DNA of 32,000 nt, from the NCBI RefSeq assembly GCF_004365815.1, contig NZ_SODD01000010.1, positions 29,127 through 61,126 of the forward strand. The letters run 5' to 3'. This DNA is from Breznakia blatticola. GTDB taxonomy: Bacteria > Bacillota_I > Bacilli_A > Erysipelotrichales > Erysipelotrichaceae. Position 1 is the first letter of the stretch. Each line of letters starts with the position of its first letter. A program made the position numbers and the translations under genes. This document shows positions 8,784 through 17,651 of the stretch, piece after piece. The notes below the pieces were generated by a model. The model searched no databases. It was not told where the DNA came from and saw nothing but the letters and a program-made list of their open reading frames with translations.

Positions 8784-8963
8784 ATGATCATTAAATTATT
8801 GATAAAGTCAGTAATGTATATCGGTATTTGTCTAGTTATGTTATACATGCAACAAGTGCAAGTACATGCACCGACATTGTCAAAAAAAGAATTGCAACAT
8901 CAAGTATATGACTTTACGATGCATGTAAGTATGTATTCTATGACAAACTTATATTGTAGTTAG
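8784..8963 (+). CDS. Small ORF (59 codons, below the track cut-off), predicted secreted or membrane peptide
   Basis: GGGAGG at 8773..8778 lies 5 nt before the ATG at 8784. My translation is MIIKLLIKSVMYIGICLVMLYMQQVQVHAPTLSKKELQHQVYDFTMHVSMYSMTNLYCS. It has a hydrophobic signal-like N-terminus with a possible VHA/P cleavage site. A terminator follows 23 nt after the TAG. Confidence 0.35.
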   Translation: MIIKLLIKSVMYIGICLVMLYMQQVQVHAPTLSKKELQHQVYDFTMHVSMYSMTNLYCS

Positions 8964-8985
8964 TTGTATATGTGCATAAATTTTT

Positions 8986-9018
8986 ACATCTACTTGCGTA
9001 TAGTAGATGTTTTTTATT
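8986..9018 (+). terminator. Rho-independent terminator
   Basis: The stem ACATCTACT (8986..8994) pairs with AGTAGATGT (9002..9010) around a 7-nt loop, followed by TTTTTA. Confidence 0.6.
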
Positions 9019-9039
9019 TGTTTATTGTATAATAAGCAT

Positions 9040-9552
9040 ATGATAGAAATTGTGAGAGTAGAAAAAGAGCAAGTAGAATTGCTTAGAGACATTGCCATTC
9101 AAACTTTATATGAAACATTTTATACAGAAGAAAAAACGGAGGTATTACAAGCTTACGTAGATGAGGCATATACAAAAGAGGAATTGTTGCAATCACTTGA
9201 TGATGTTTCATCAACTACGTATTTTGCATATTATGATAATGCACTGGCAGGGTATTTAAAAGTAAATATGTATGATAGTCAAACAGAAGATATGGGTGAT
9301 GAAGGATTTGAAGTGCAAAGGATTTATGTTTCAAAAAAGTTTAAAGGATTACGTATAGGTTCACTTTTTATGGATTTTGCGATTGCACTTGCAAAAGCAA
9401 ATAAACGTTCATTTATGTGGTTAGGTGTTTGGGAGCATAACTATGCAGCACAAGCATTTTATAAAAAGTATGGATACTATCGAGTTGGGGAACATGACTT
9501 TACGATGGGTGATTTAATCGAGACAGATTGGATCCTACGTAAAGATTTATAG
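9040..9552 (+). CDS. GNAT-family N-acetyltransferase
   Basis: It has an acetyl-CoA-binding core (QRIYVSKKFKGLRIGSLFMDFAI) and AQAFYKKYGY. I moved the start to the ATG at 9040 because the tracked TTG at 9007 lies inside the upstream terminator hairpin. Confidence 0.8.
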   Translation: MIEIVRVEKEQVELLRDIAIQTLYETFYTEEKTEVLQAYVDEAYTKEELLQSLDDVSSTTYFAYYDNALAGYLKVNMYDSQTEDMGDEGFEVQRIYVSKKFKGLRIGSLFMDFAIALAKANKRSFMWLGVWEHNYAAQAFYKKYGYYRVGEHDFTMGDLIETDWILRKDL

Positions 9553-9583
9553 ATAGGATAAAAGGAAGAAGGAAGGGACAAAG

Positions 9584-10342
9584 ATGATTTTTTATTTTAG
9601 TGGTACTGGAAATAGTACGTTTGTTGCGGAGCATTTAGCAAAAGCATATGATCATGAAGCGATTCGTGTAGACGAATGGTTACATACAGGGCGTATCAAT
9701 TTCAATATTGATGATCAAGATCGTATTGGATTTGTATTTCCTGTATATTTTTATGGATTACCACACATCGTGGAACAATTCTTATTGGAATTATCCATCA
9801 CCTTTGAAAAGAAACCATATGTATATTACATTGCAACATGTGGTGGACAACAAGGACAATCCATTAAGAAAGCAAATGCAATCTTGCAAAAAAAGGGATT
9901 GGGGATTGATGCAGCTTTTGACTTATTGATGCCTGATAACTATACACGGATGTATGATGTAAATGATGAACAAAAGATTATGCAAATAAATCAACATGCG
10001 ATTATTGAGTTAAAAGAGATTATGCATAAAATTGAACAAAAAGAGGTTGGTCATTTTGCCAAAACGGGTTTTCCACGTATACTTAGTGCACCAGTAACTT
10101 TGTTTGGTCAAACCTTTTTAACTAAAACCAAAGGTTTTCATGTACTTGATTCTTGTATACACTGTGCTTTATGTGAAAGAAAGTGTCCAGTACATGCGAT
10201 TGAATTAATTGATGGAAAACCAGTATGGCAAAAAAAGAAATGTGAGATGTGCTTACGTTGTTTGCATCATTGTCCAAAGTTTGCCATTCAATATAAAAAT
10301 CAAACACAAGAAAATGGACAATATCACCATCCTGTAATATAG
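9584..10342 (+). CDS. Flavodoxin-like domain fused to a 2x[4Fe-4S] ferredoxin domain (EFR1-type)
   Basis: The N-terminus is MIFYFSGTGNSTFVAEHLA. Two cysteine motifs are present: CIHCALCERKCP and CEMCLRCLHHCP. The SD is AAGGAAGAAGGAAGGG. Confidence 0.75.
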   Translation: MIFYFSGTGNSTFVAEHLAKAYDHEAIRVDEWLHTGRINFNIDDQDRIGFVFPVYFYGLPHIVEQFLLELSITFEKKPYVYYIATCGGQQGQSIKKANAILQKKGLGIDAAFDLLMPDNYTRMYDVNDEQKIMQINQHAIIELKEIMHKIEQKEVGHFAKTGFPRILSAPVTLFGQTFLTKTKGFHVLDSCIHCALCERKCPVHAIELIDGKPVWQKKKCEMCLRCLHHCPKFAIQYKNQTQENGQYHHPVI

Positions 10343-10356
10343 CAAGTAAAAAGTAG

Positions 10357-10385
10357 TGGCAATTATATACAGTTATGGTACAATA
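10357..10385 (+). promoter_or_regulatory. Candidate promoter of the lysine operon (extended -10 TGgTACAAT, weak -35 TGGCAA)
   Basis: TG lies at 10377..10378, TACAAT at 10380..10385 and TGGCAA at 10357..10362 (17-nt spacer). The promoter sits about 25 nt upstream of riboswitch helix P1. Confidence 0.4.
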
Positions 10386-10409
10386 AATAAAACATGAATA
10401 TAAATAGAT

Positions 10410-10616
10410 GATAGAGGCGCGATTTGTTATTATGGTATGTATAGAAGGCATTCGTTTGACACTTACCAGAGGAATAGTCGCCGAATAGAGCTGTTGGCAA
10501 ACAGTATCTATGGGCTTTAGGAGAATATCTTAAGGACTGTCTACGCAAGTAGTTGTGCTATCTTAATGAACCAGAAATTGGTCAATAAGAGTACAATCTT
10601 GTTGACCTTTTATTTA
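10410..10616 (+). promoter_or_regulatory. Lysine riboswitch (L-box) with terminator expression platform
   Basis: Conserved L-box blocks are present: GATAGAGGCGCG (5' side of P1), AGTCGCCGAA, CTATGG and AGGACTGTC. P1 closes GATAG (10410..10414) with CTATC (10558..10562). The terminator stem GGTCAATAAG (10580..10589) pairs with CTTGTTGACC (10598..10607), followed by TTTTATTT. It lies directly upstream of lysA. Confidence 0.85.
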
Positions 10617-10636
10617 TACAAGATGGGGGTAAAGTT

Positions 10637-11899
10637 ATGTTTAAAATTTCTGGAGTAGCATGTGATACATTATTAGAAACTTGTGGAAGTCCACTTGTTG
10701 TCTATGATGAAAATAAAATTGATGAGCAAATTCGCTCATATGTAAATAACTTTAAAAGTAATGTATTTGATACGGAAGTAGTTTATGCTTCTAAGGCATT
10801 TACTTGTACAGCAATGTTAGAAAAACTAGAACAGGAAAGTGCAAGTATTGATGTTGTAAGTGGTGGGGAATTGTATGTTGCTATTCAAGCCAACTTTCCT
10901 GCAAATCGTATATATTTTCATGGAAACAATAAATTAGATGAAGAAATCGAAATGGCTCTTTCCTATCATGTACAAACAATTGTTATTGATAATATGCATG
11001 AAGTAGAACGTGTAGTTGCTCTTGCAGATAAATTAAAACAACCAGTTGATGTACTTATTCGCATCAATCCAAAAGTTGAAGCACATACACATGAATTTAT
11101 TGCAACTGCAACACCAGATTCAAAATTTGGTATCTCAATGGATCTTGTCGATGAAATCAAAGATATGATTGCTAAAATTGATGCATGTACATATGTAACA
11201 TTTAAAGGATTTCATTCACATATTGGATCTCAAATTCTAGCAACTGAAGGATTTATGGCAGCAATTGATAAAATGGTTGGTTTTATCAAAGATATCAATG
11301 TTGATGTATCTATTTTAAATATTGGTGGTGGATTTGGAGTGCGTTATACAAAAGAAGATCAACCAGTCCCAACAGATATTATGTGTCAAACACTAATTGA
11401 GGCATTAGAAAATGCACTAGCTCAAGCACAAATACAAGTGGATAAAGTATGTATGGAACCAGGACGTAGTATTGTTGGTGAAGCAGGATATTCATTATAT
11501 ACAGTCGGTTTTACAAAACAAACGCAAAATAAAACGTTTGTATTTATTGATGGTGGTATGGCAGATAACATTCGGCCAGCATTATATGATGCAAAGTATG
11601 AATGTATCATTGCAAATAAAGACCAACAACCGGCAGTTAGAACTTATGAAATTGCTGGAAAGTGTTGTGAAAGTGGAGATATATTAATTCACGATGCATT
11701 ATTACCAGAAGTAGAAGCAAATGATATTCTTGTGATGTTTACAACAGGTGCCTATGGTTATTCCATGGCAAGTAATTACAACCGTTTGAATCGTCCAGCT
11801 GTCATTTTTGTAAAAGATGGAAAAGCAAGACAAGTGATTGCTAGAGAAACATTTGAAACACAAATGATATTGGATGTACAAAAGGACATTGAACTATGA
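10637..11899 (+). CDS. lysA: Diaminopimelate decarboxylase
   Basis: 420 aa of fold-type III PLP decarboxylase type (YASKAF, HSHIGSQ, EPGRSIVG, CESGD). It is the first gene after the L-box. Confidence 0.9.
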   Translation: MFKISGVACDTLLETCGSPLVVYDENKIDEQIRSYVNNFKSNVFDTEVVYASKAFTCTAMLEKLEQESASIDVVSGGELYVAIQANFPANRIYFHGNNKLDEEIEMALSYHVQTIVIDNMHEVERVVALADKLKQPVDVLIRINPKVEAHTHEFIATATPDSKFGISMDLVDEIKDMIAKIDACTYVTFKGFHSHIGSQILATEGFMAAIDKMVGFIKDINVDVSILNIGGGFGVRYTKEDQPVPTDIMCQTLIEALENALAQAQIQVDKVCMEPGRSIVGEAGYSLYTVGFTKQTQNKTFVFIDGGMADNIRPALYDAKYECIIANKDQQPAVRTYEIAGKCCESGDILIHDALLPEVEANDILVMFTTGAYGYSMASNYNRLNRPAVIFVKDGKARQVIARETFETQMILDVQKDIEL

Positions 11900-12705
11900 T
11901 TCCTTTTTGTAAATATCATGGATGTGGAAATAGCTTTGTAATTGTAAATCAACAAGATGTAAAGATGTATAATTATACAACACTGGCAAAAAAATTATGT
12001 TCAAAGGATATCGGTATAGGTGCAGACGGACTTATTATCGTAGCCACAAATCCACTGGAAATGATATTTTATAATCAAGATGGCTCACAAGCACCAATGT
12101 GTGGAAATGGAATACGTTGTTTTAGTGCATATGTTTTAGATCAACATTTAGTAGATACAGACAGTTTCGATGTAGTAACTGGAGCAGGTATCTTACATGT
12201 TGATTCAAAGTATGACACATATGAAATAGCGATGGGAAAACCAAAATTTGATCATACATTACTACACATGGAAACATCTATTGATTTGTTGTCGTATCGC
12301 ATTGATGCATATGAATTAGCATCTGTGTTTCTAGGAACCATTCATACAGTTATGTTTGTGGATGATGTGGACCATTACGATGTGGAAAGTGTTGGTAAAT
12401 ATATATGTAACCATCCAACATTTCAAGAAAAAACGAATGTGAATTTTGTGCAAGTAGTTGATAAACGTACACTAAAAGTTGTGACATATGAGCGTGGAGT
12501 AGGAATTACGCTTGCTTGTGGAACTGGATGTTGTGCAAGTTTTGCAATTGCAAGTAAAAAAGGATATGTAGATCATTGTGTGGATGTTCAGTTACAGTTA
12601 GGTACACTGCATCTTCACGATAAAGATAATGAAATTATGATGAGAGGGCCGGCTACCTTTATTGCCAAAGGTGAAGTCGAACTAAAGGAGGAAATGGCAT
12701 GTTAG
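11896..12705 (+). CDS. dapF: Diaminopimelate epimerase
   Basis: 269 aa with the N-terminus KYHGCGNSFVIV and both catalytic Cys motifs (MCGNGIRC and ACGTGCCA). An ATGA overlap couples it to lysA. Confidence 0.9.
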   Translation: MIPFCKYHGCGNSFVIVNQQDVKMYNYTTLAKKLCSKDIGIGADGLIIVATNPLEMIFYNQDGSQAPMCGNGIRCFSAYVLDQHLVDTDSFDVVTGAGILHVDSKYDTYEIAMGKPKFDHTLLHMETSIDLLSYRIDAYELASVFLGTIHTVMFVDDVDHYDVESVGKYICNHPTFQEKTNVNFVQVVDKRTLKVVTYERGVGITLACGTGCCASFAIASKKGYVDHCVDVQLQLGTLHLHDKDNEIMMRGPATFIAKGEVELKEEMAC

Positions 12706-13574
12706 TACAAGGAAGTATTGTTGCTTTAATTACACCGTTTAATGAAAACGGAAGTGTGAATTTTAATAAACTAGGAGAATTGATTGAGTTTCATGTAGCT
12801 AATCAAACCGATGCGATATTGGTGTTAGGAACAACTGGAGAAACACCTACATTAACACACGATGAAGATGATTCCGTTGTAAAATATACAATTGAAAAAG
12901 TTGCAAAGCGTTTACCGGTATATGTAGGAGCTGGTTCAAACTCGACAAAAACACAAGTAACATATGCAAAAAAATACGCAGATATGGGAGCGGATGCTTT
13001 ACTTGTAATTGCTCCTTACTACAACAAAGCAAATGAAGAAGGTATGTATTTACACTTTGAAATGGTTGCTAATGCAGTAGATATTCCATTAATTATTTAT
13101 AACGTGCCAGGTAGAACTGGTTGTACTATTCCAGTGAGTGTTGTAAAACGTCTAGCAAAACTTGAAAATGTTGCCGCAATCAAAGAAGCAAGTGGTGATA
13201 TTAGCTATTTTGCTAAAGTATGTGCACTTGCAAGTGATGACTTCCAAGTATATTCAGGAAATGATGATATGATTGTTCCTGCGATGTCACTAGGAGCTAG
13301 TGGTGTTATTTCAGTAGTTGCAAATATTCTTCCACAAGAAACACATGATATGGTGGCAAGTTATTTAGCTGGTAATATTCATACATCACGTAATTTACAA
13401 TTAAAATATTTAGATTTTATTAATGCGCTATTTATTGAAACCAATCCAATTCCAATTAAAGAAGCAATGAATTTACGTGGAATGGAAGTTGGTGGATATC
13501 GCTTACCATTAACTTTTATGAGTGAGGAAAATCGCATGAAACTCATTGAGCAAATGAAAGTGATTGGTCAGTAA
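12699..13574 (+). CDS. dapA: 4-hydroxy-tetrahydrodipicolinate synthase
   Basis: 291 aa with GSIVALITPF, GTTGE, YYNK and AAIKEASGD (Schiff-base Lys region). It overlaps the dapF stop. Confidence 0.9.
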   Translation: MLVQGSIVALITPFNENGSVNFNKLGELIEFHVANQTDAILVLGTTGETPTLTHDEDDSVVKYTIEKVAKRLPVYVGAGSNSTKTQVTYAKKYADMGADALLVIAPYYNKANEEGMYLHFEMVANAVDIPLIIYNVPGRTGCTIPVSVVKRLAKLENVAAIKEASGDISYFAKVCALASDDFQVYSGNDDMIVPAMSLGASGVISVVANILPQETHDMVASYLAGNIHTSRNLQLKYLDFINALFIETNPIPIKEAMNLRGMEVGGYRLPLTFMSEENRMKLIEQMKVIGQ

Positions 13575-13575
13575 T

Positions 13576-14289
13576 ATGAGAGTAGCGTTAATTGGATATG
13601 GGATGATGGGAAAAATCATCGAACAAAAGTTATTAGCGAAAGGACATGAAATTGCTGGCATTGTAAGTATGGATCGGTTACAAAGTATCAATGATATTCG
13701 TGATCCATTCGATGTAATTATTGATTTTTCGCATCCAGACAATTTAGAAAGTTTATTAGCGTATGTTGAAATTCATCATACACCGATAGTTATTTCAACA
13801 ACTGGATTTACAAGTGAACAAGTTGCTGCGATTAAGCATGCTGCTTTACGTTCGCCAGTTGTATATACCGCAAACTTCTCGCTTGGAATTACTGTAATGC
13901 AAGAAGTACTACGTTTAATTACACCAATTTTAGAAGATTCATTCGATATGGAAGTGATTGAAAAGCATCATAATAAAAAATTAGATGCACCAAGTGGTAC
14001 CGCAAAAATGTTAGTGGAAACATTAAATCCAGATGGCATTTATGCAGAAGTTTATGGACGTGAAGGAAACGGGAAACGTCAAAAAGAAATTGGGATTCAC
14101 GCAGTACGTGGTGGAAGTATTGTTGGTGAACACAGTGTAATTTACGCTGGTGAAGATGAAGTGCTTGAAATTAAGCATGAAGCACACTCAAAGCATGTGT
14201 TTGCTAATGGAGCAATTAAAGCTGCAGAATTCTTAGTAGGAAAACCTGCGGGATTATATGACATGCATGACGTGTTATTTCGTAAGTAG
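13576..14289 (+). CDS. dapB: 4-hydroxy-tetrahydrodipicolinate reductase
   Basis: It has [13 protein letters not shown] (NAD(P) fold) and [16 protein letters not shown] set the start at the ATG at 13576, 1 nt after the dapA stop. The tracked TTG at 13564 lies inside dapA. Confidence 0.9.
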   Translation: MRVALIGYGMMGKIIEQKLLAKGHEIAGIVSMDRLQSINDIRDPFDVIIDFSHPDNLESLLAYVEIHHTPIVISTTGFTSEQVAAIKHAALRSPVVYTANFSLGITVMQEVLRLITPILEDSFDMEVIEKHHNKKLDAPSGTAKMLVETLNPDGIYAEVYGREGNGKRQKEIGIHAVRGGSIVGEHSVIYAGEDEVLEIKHEAHSKHVFANGAIKAAEFLVGKPAGLYDMHDVLFRK

Positions 14290-14291
14290 GA

Positions 14292-15008
14292 ATGGGGAAG
14301 ATGAATATGAATGCACAAGAAATTATTAAGTATATACGAGATGCTAAAAAGAAAACAAATGTCAAAGTGTATATCAATACAACAAAAGATGTAAGTTTTC
14401 ATGATTGCCAAGCATTTGGTTTACCAGTAAGTCAAACGCTTATTGGACAGTGGGATGTGATTGAACCACAATTAGAAGCAATAAAGGATTTCATTTGCGA
14501 TATACATATTGAGAATGAAGGACGAAATTCAGCCATACCTTTATTAGATACAAAAAATCTTAATGCTCGTATTGAACCAGGTGCATATATTCGTGAACAT
14601 GTAGAAATTAAAGATCGTGCAGTCATCATGATGGGTGCGATTATTAATATTGGTGCAATCGTTGGAGAGGACACAATGATTGATATGGGAGCCATTCTTG
14701 GAGGACGTGCCATTGTTGGTGATCGATGCCATATCGGTGCAGGAACGGTTCTTGCTGGCGTTGTAGAGCCAGCTAGTGCAACACCAGTCGTTGTTGAAGA
14801 TGATGTGCTCATTGGAGCAAATGCTGTCGTTGTAGAAGGTGTACGTATTGGAAAAGGTGCCGTTGTTGCTGCGGGAAGTGTTGTATTACATGATGTTGAA
14901 CCAGGAATGATGGTTGCGGGAACACCTGCTAAAGTAATCAAAGCAGTCGATGCAAAAACTGCTAGCAAAACAGGTTTGGAAGATGCACTTCGCACATTAA
15001 ATGATTAG
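14292..15008 (+). CDS. dapH: 2,3,4,5-tetrahydropyridine-2,6-dicarboxylate N-acetyltransferase (acetylase branch)
   Basis: The N-terminus is [21 protein letters not shown], followed by left-handed beta-helix hexapeptide repeats ([13 protein letters not shown]..., [14 protein letters not shown]). The true start may be the ATG at 14301 or 14307. Confidence 0.85.
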   Translation: MGKMNMNAQEIIKYIRDAKKKTNVKVYINTTKDVSFHDCQAFGLPVSQTLIGQWDVIEPQLEAIKDFICDIHIENEGRNSAIPLLDTKNLNARIEPGAYIREHVEIKDRAVIMMGAIINIGAIVGEDTMIDMGAILGGRAIVGDRCHIGAGTVLAGVVEPASATPVVVEDDVLIGANAVVVEGVRIGKGAVVAAGSVVLHDVEPGMMVAGTPAKVIKAVDAKTASKTGLEDALRTLND

Positions 15009-15040
15009 ACAGAATCACTGATGATTTTGTCTTTTTTTAT
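15008..15040 (+). terminator. Rho-independent terminator of the lys/dap operon
   Basis: The stem GACAGAATC (15008..15016) pairs with GATTTTGTC (15023..15031, one G-U pair), followed by TTTTTTT. Confidence 0.7.
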
Positions 15041-15184
15041 ACATAATTTATAACATAGGTGATGTTAAGAACATTTAATGTATAGTTCATGACAACAATG
15101 AATTTATCGATACATGAGAAGCTATAATAGATTCACTAAACTTGAATTTATGGGAGGTGAATCATTATTGATCGAGATGAAACA

Positions 15185-15736
15185 ATGACATTAGTTAGTC
15201 AAGTAAAGGCAGGAGATGAATTGGCATTTAATCAATTGTATGAGAATTTTAATGAAAATGTATACTACTGGGCATACTATTACTTTACAGATAGGGAACA
15301 AGCATTTGATGTGATTCAAGATGTGTTTACCATTGTTTGGGAGAAAATTGATACAATAAAAGATGAACGTGCCTTTTACTCTTGGTTGCGTTCCATTACC
15401 TTAAATGTATGTCATCGTTTACAGCGTGCGAAAAAATTAGACATAATGGAACTTTATGAACAAAGTATTGAACAATTTGCATGCGTAACTTACACCAAAG
15501 AGAAATTGGATTATGAGTTTTTTATGGATACCTTACAGATGTTGATTTTAAGTCTTCAAGATAGTTTGCGGACCACTGCATTTCTTCATTATATTCAAGA
15601 ATATGAACCAATTGAGATCAGTAAATTGTTACATGTGCCACTAGGAACTATTCATTCACGTTTATATCGAATTCGGTTGGACTTATCATACCAACTGCAT
15701 AAACATGGATATAGTATGAATCGCAATGATGCATAA
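15185..15736 (+). CDS. Sigma-70 family (ECF-like) RNA polymerase sigma factor
   Basis: Region 2 is FDVIQDVFTIVWEKID...AFYSWLRSITLNV. Region 4 is PIEISKLLHVPLGTIHSRLYRIRLDL. The ATG at 15185 lacks an SD. A strong GGGAGGTG (15152..15159) precedes in-frame ATT codons at 15164 and 15167, so the start is uncertain. Confidence 0.8.
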   Translation: MTLVSQVKAGDELAFNQLYENFNENVYYWAYYYFTDREQAFDVIQDVFTIVWEKIDTIKDERAFYSWLRSITLNVCHRLQRAKKLDIMELYEQSIEQFACVTYTKEKLDYEFFMDTLQMLILSLQDSLRTTAFLHYIQEYEPIEISKLLHVPLGTIHSRLYRIRLDLSYQLHKHGYSMNRNDA

Positions 15737-15769
15737 AAAAACAACTACGCCTGCGTAGTTGCTTTTTTT
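15734..15769. terminator. Bidirectional terminator between the convergent sigma and RNase J genes
   Basis: An A7 run is followed by the stem CAACTACG (15742..15749) pairing with CGTAGTTG (15754..15761) around the loop CCTG, then C and T7. The hairpin overlaps the last codons of the RNase J gene. Confidence 0.6.
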
Positions 15770-17568
15770 GTTGGTTGTTTGCGTTTCGGTTTTGGATTCT
15801 TATTACGATTTTGCATCTCTTCAATTGCTTCTACCGAGTTCAAAATAACTGGGATTACAATTGGATTACGATGTGTTTTTTCATATAAGAATGGTTCAAG
15901 AGTACGACGTACCGTATTCTTAATTCCACCAAAGCTTACTTTTCCTTGCATATATTCTTTTAAAGCTTCATATACAACTTGTTCAGCTTCTTTTAGTAAA
16001 GACTGTGAATCTTTAATGAAGACAAAACCACGAGTAACTAGTACTGGTTTTGAGATGATTTTGTTTTTACGTGAATCAATTGGAATGATAACAGAAACAA
16101 GTCCACTATCACCAAGGATTTGACGGTCTTTTAAGACAGCTGTAGAAATACCAGAACTATCATTACCATCAACGTAAATATCATCTGCATCAAAGCGTAA
16201 AGAACTTCTAAACATCTTGTGATCACGTAAGACAAGAACATCACCGTTTGCACATATAAAGATGTTTTCTTTAGGAATACCTGTTTCCATTGCACTAGCA
16301 GCATGTTGTTTTAACATTTTGTATTCACCATGTGCAGGCATAAAGTATTTTGGTTTCATCAATTGAAGCATTAATTTTTGTTCTTCACTTGATGCGTGAC
16401 CTGTAGTATGTAAGTTATTTAAAATTGAATTTGTCAGTACATTTGCACCATGACGATACAATTTATTAATTACTGTATTAACACTTTGGTTGTTTCCAGG
16501 AATTGGACTACTTGAGAAAATAATCGTGTCGCTTGGTTGCAAGCGAATGTGTCGATGTGTTCCTGCAGCAATTCTTGATAAAGCAGCAAGAGGTTCTCCT
16601 TGTGATCCAGTACAAACAATACATGTTTTACTTGCGGGGTAGTGATTGAGTTGATCAGGTGATAACAAGTTTGCATCTTTGATTTTGATCTTTCCTTGTT
16701 TACGTGCAACTTCTAACACATTTTCCATCGAGCGACCAAATACAGCAACTTTACGTCCGCATGCGATAGCAGCTTCTAATATTTGTGCTAAACGGTAAAC
16801 GTTTGAAGCAAATGTCGCTACAATGATACGTCCATCAGTTTTCTTAAAGATGTCTAAGATTTGACCAGCAACCTTCTTTTCTGAGATTGAAAATCCTTCA
16901 ACTCCAGAGTTTGTAGAATCACTAAGTAATAAATCTACACCGATTTGTCCGATGTATGCCATCTTTTGATATTCTGAGTTCGTACCGACAGGTGTTAAGT
17001 CAAATTTAAAGTCTCCTGTAGTAACAATTCTTCCGTTATCCGTATTTACGATAATTCCAAGTGAATCTGGAATCGAGTGAGTCGTATCAAAGAAGCCAGC
17101 AGTAAAGTGTTTTGTCTTTACTTTTGAATCACTATTGATATGACGTATTTTCACATTTCGCAATTTTCTTTCATCAAGTTTCTTTTGAATTAAAGCACTT
17201 GCAAATAGTGGTGCGTATATTGCATCAATTTGCACATGCTGTAATAAATAGGGAATTCCACCAATGTGGTCTTCATGACCATGGGTGATAATTAAATATT
17301 TCTTTTTCTTATTGTTTTCGACTAAGTGTTGAAAGTCAGGGATGACAGCATCCACTCCTAACAACTCTTCATCTGGAAAACGCACTCCAGCATCGATAAT
17401 CAAGATTTCATTACCTTGTTCGATACAGTACATATTCTTTCCAACCTCGCCTAAACCCCCTAGTGCGTACACTAAGGTGTCAGTATTTCTAATCTTATGA
17501 AACCTATTATCGTTTTGTTGGTTTGTTTGTTTGGATTGCGTTTTCGGTGTTTGTTTCTTTTCGTTCAT
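15745..17568 (-). CDS. rnj: Ribonuclease J
   Basis: 607 aa with a metallo-beta-lactamase motif (ITHGHEDHIGG) and a beta-CASP architecture. The N-terminal core is YALGGLGEVGKNMY. The SD AAGGAGAAG precedes the ATG. Confidence 0.9.
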   Translation of the reverse strand: MNEKKQTPKTQSKQTNQQNDNRFHKIRNTDTLVYALGGLGEVGKNMYCIEQGNEILIIDAGVRFPDEELLGVDAVIPDFQHLVENNKKKKYLIITHGHEDHIGGIPYLLQHVQIDAIYAPLFASALIQKKLDERKLRNVKIRHINSDSKVKTKHFTAGFFDTTHSIPDSLGIIVNTDNGRIVTTGDFKFDLTPVGTNSEYQKMAYIGQIGVDLLLSDSTNSGVEGFSISEKKVAGQILDIFKKTDGRIIVATFASNVYRLAQILEAAIACGRKVAVFGRSMENVLEVARKQGKIKIKDANLLSPDQLNHYPASKTCIVCTGSQGEPLAALSRIAAGTHRHIRLQPSDTIIFSSSPIPGNNQSVNTVINKLYRHGANVLTNSILNNLHTTGHASSEEQKLMLQLMKPKYFMPAHGEYKMLKQHAASAMETGIPKENIFICANGDVLVLRDHKMFRSSLRFDADDIYVDGNDSSGISTAVLKDRQILGDSGLVSVIIPIDSRKNKIISKPVLVTRGFVFIKDSQSLLKEAEQVVYEALKEYMQGKVSFGGIKNTVRRTLEPFLYEKTHRNPIVIPVILNSVEAIEEMQNRNKNPKPKRKQPTKKATTQA

Positions 17569-17602
17569 TTACTTCTCCTTCTAACACCTTTTGACTTCAT
17601 GT

Positions 17603-17611
17603 ATTATAGCA
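17603..17611 (-). promoter_or_regulatory. Candidate extended -10 (TGcTATAAT) for rnj
   Basis: The minus strand reads TGCTATAAT about 35 nt upstream of the rnj start. A TTGACA lies only 8 nt upstream, too close to act as its -35. Confidence 0.3.
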
Positions 17612-17651
17612 TACTCTGTCAAATTGCACATGATTTTCGCCTAATTTTGCG

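Noticed and set aside
9007-9039. Tracked 5' extension of the GNAT ORF (TTG start, MFFICLLYNKH)
   Set aside because: The start codon lies in the 3' arm and T-tract of the upstream terminator. The GNAT domain begins at the ATG at 9040.
10122-10548. Two minus-strand ORFs (109 aa and 61 aa) across the end of the ferredoxin gene and the riboswitch
   Set aside because: They overlap a confident plus-strand CDS and a lysine riboswitch with conserved L-box blocks. Their sequences are AT-rich and of junk-like composition.
14432-14995. 187-aa ORF on the minus strand, antisense to dapH
   Set aside because: The product is low-complexity and Ala/Thr/Ser/Pro-rich, and the ORF lies entirely inside a well-supported hexapeptide-repeat gene. 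The open antisense frame is a by-product of the repeat's codon periodicity. I saw no SD.
17617-17622. Consensus TTGACA on the minus strand upstream of rnj
   Set aside because: It lies only 8 nt from the TATAAT, so it cannot serve as the -35 for that -10. I kept only the extended -10 as a weak candidate.
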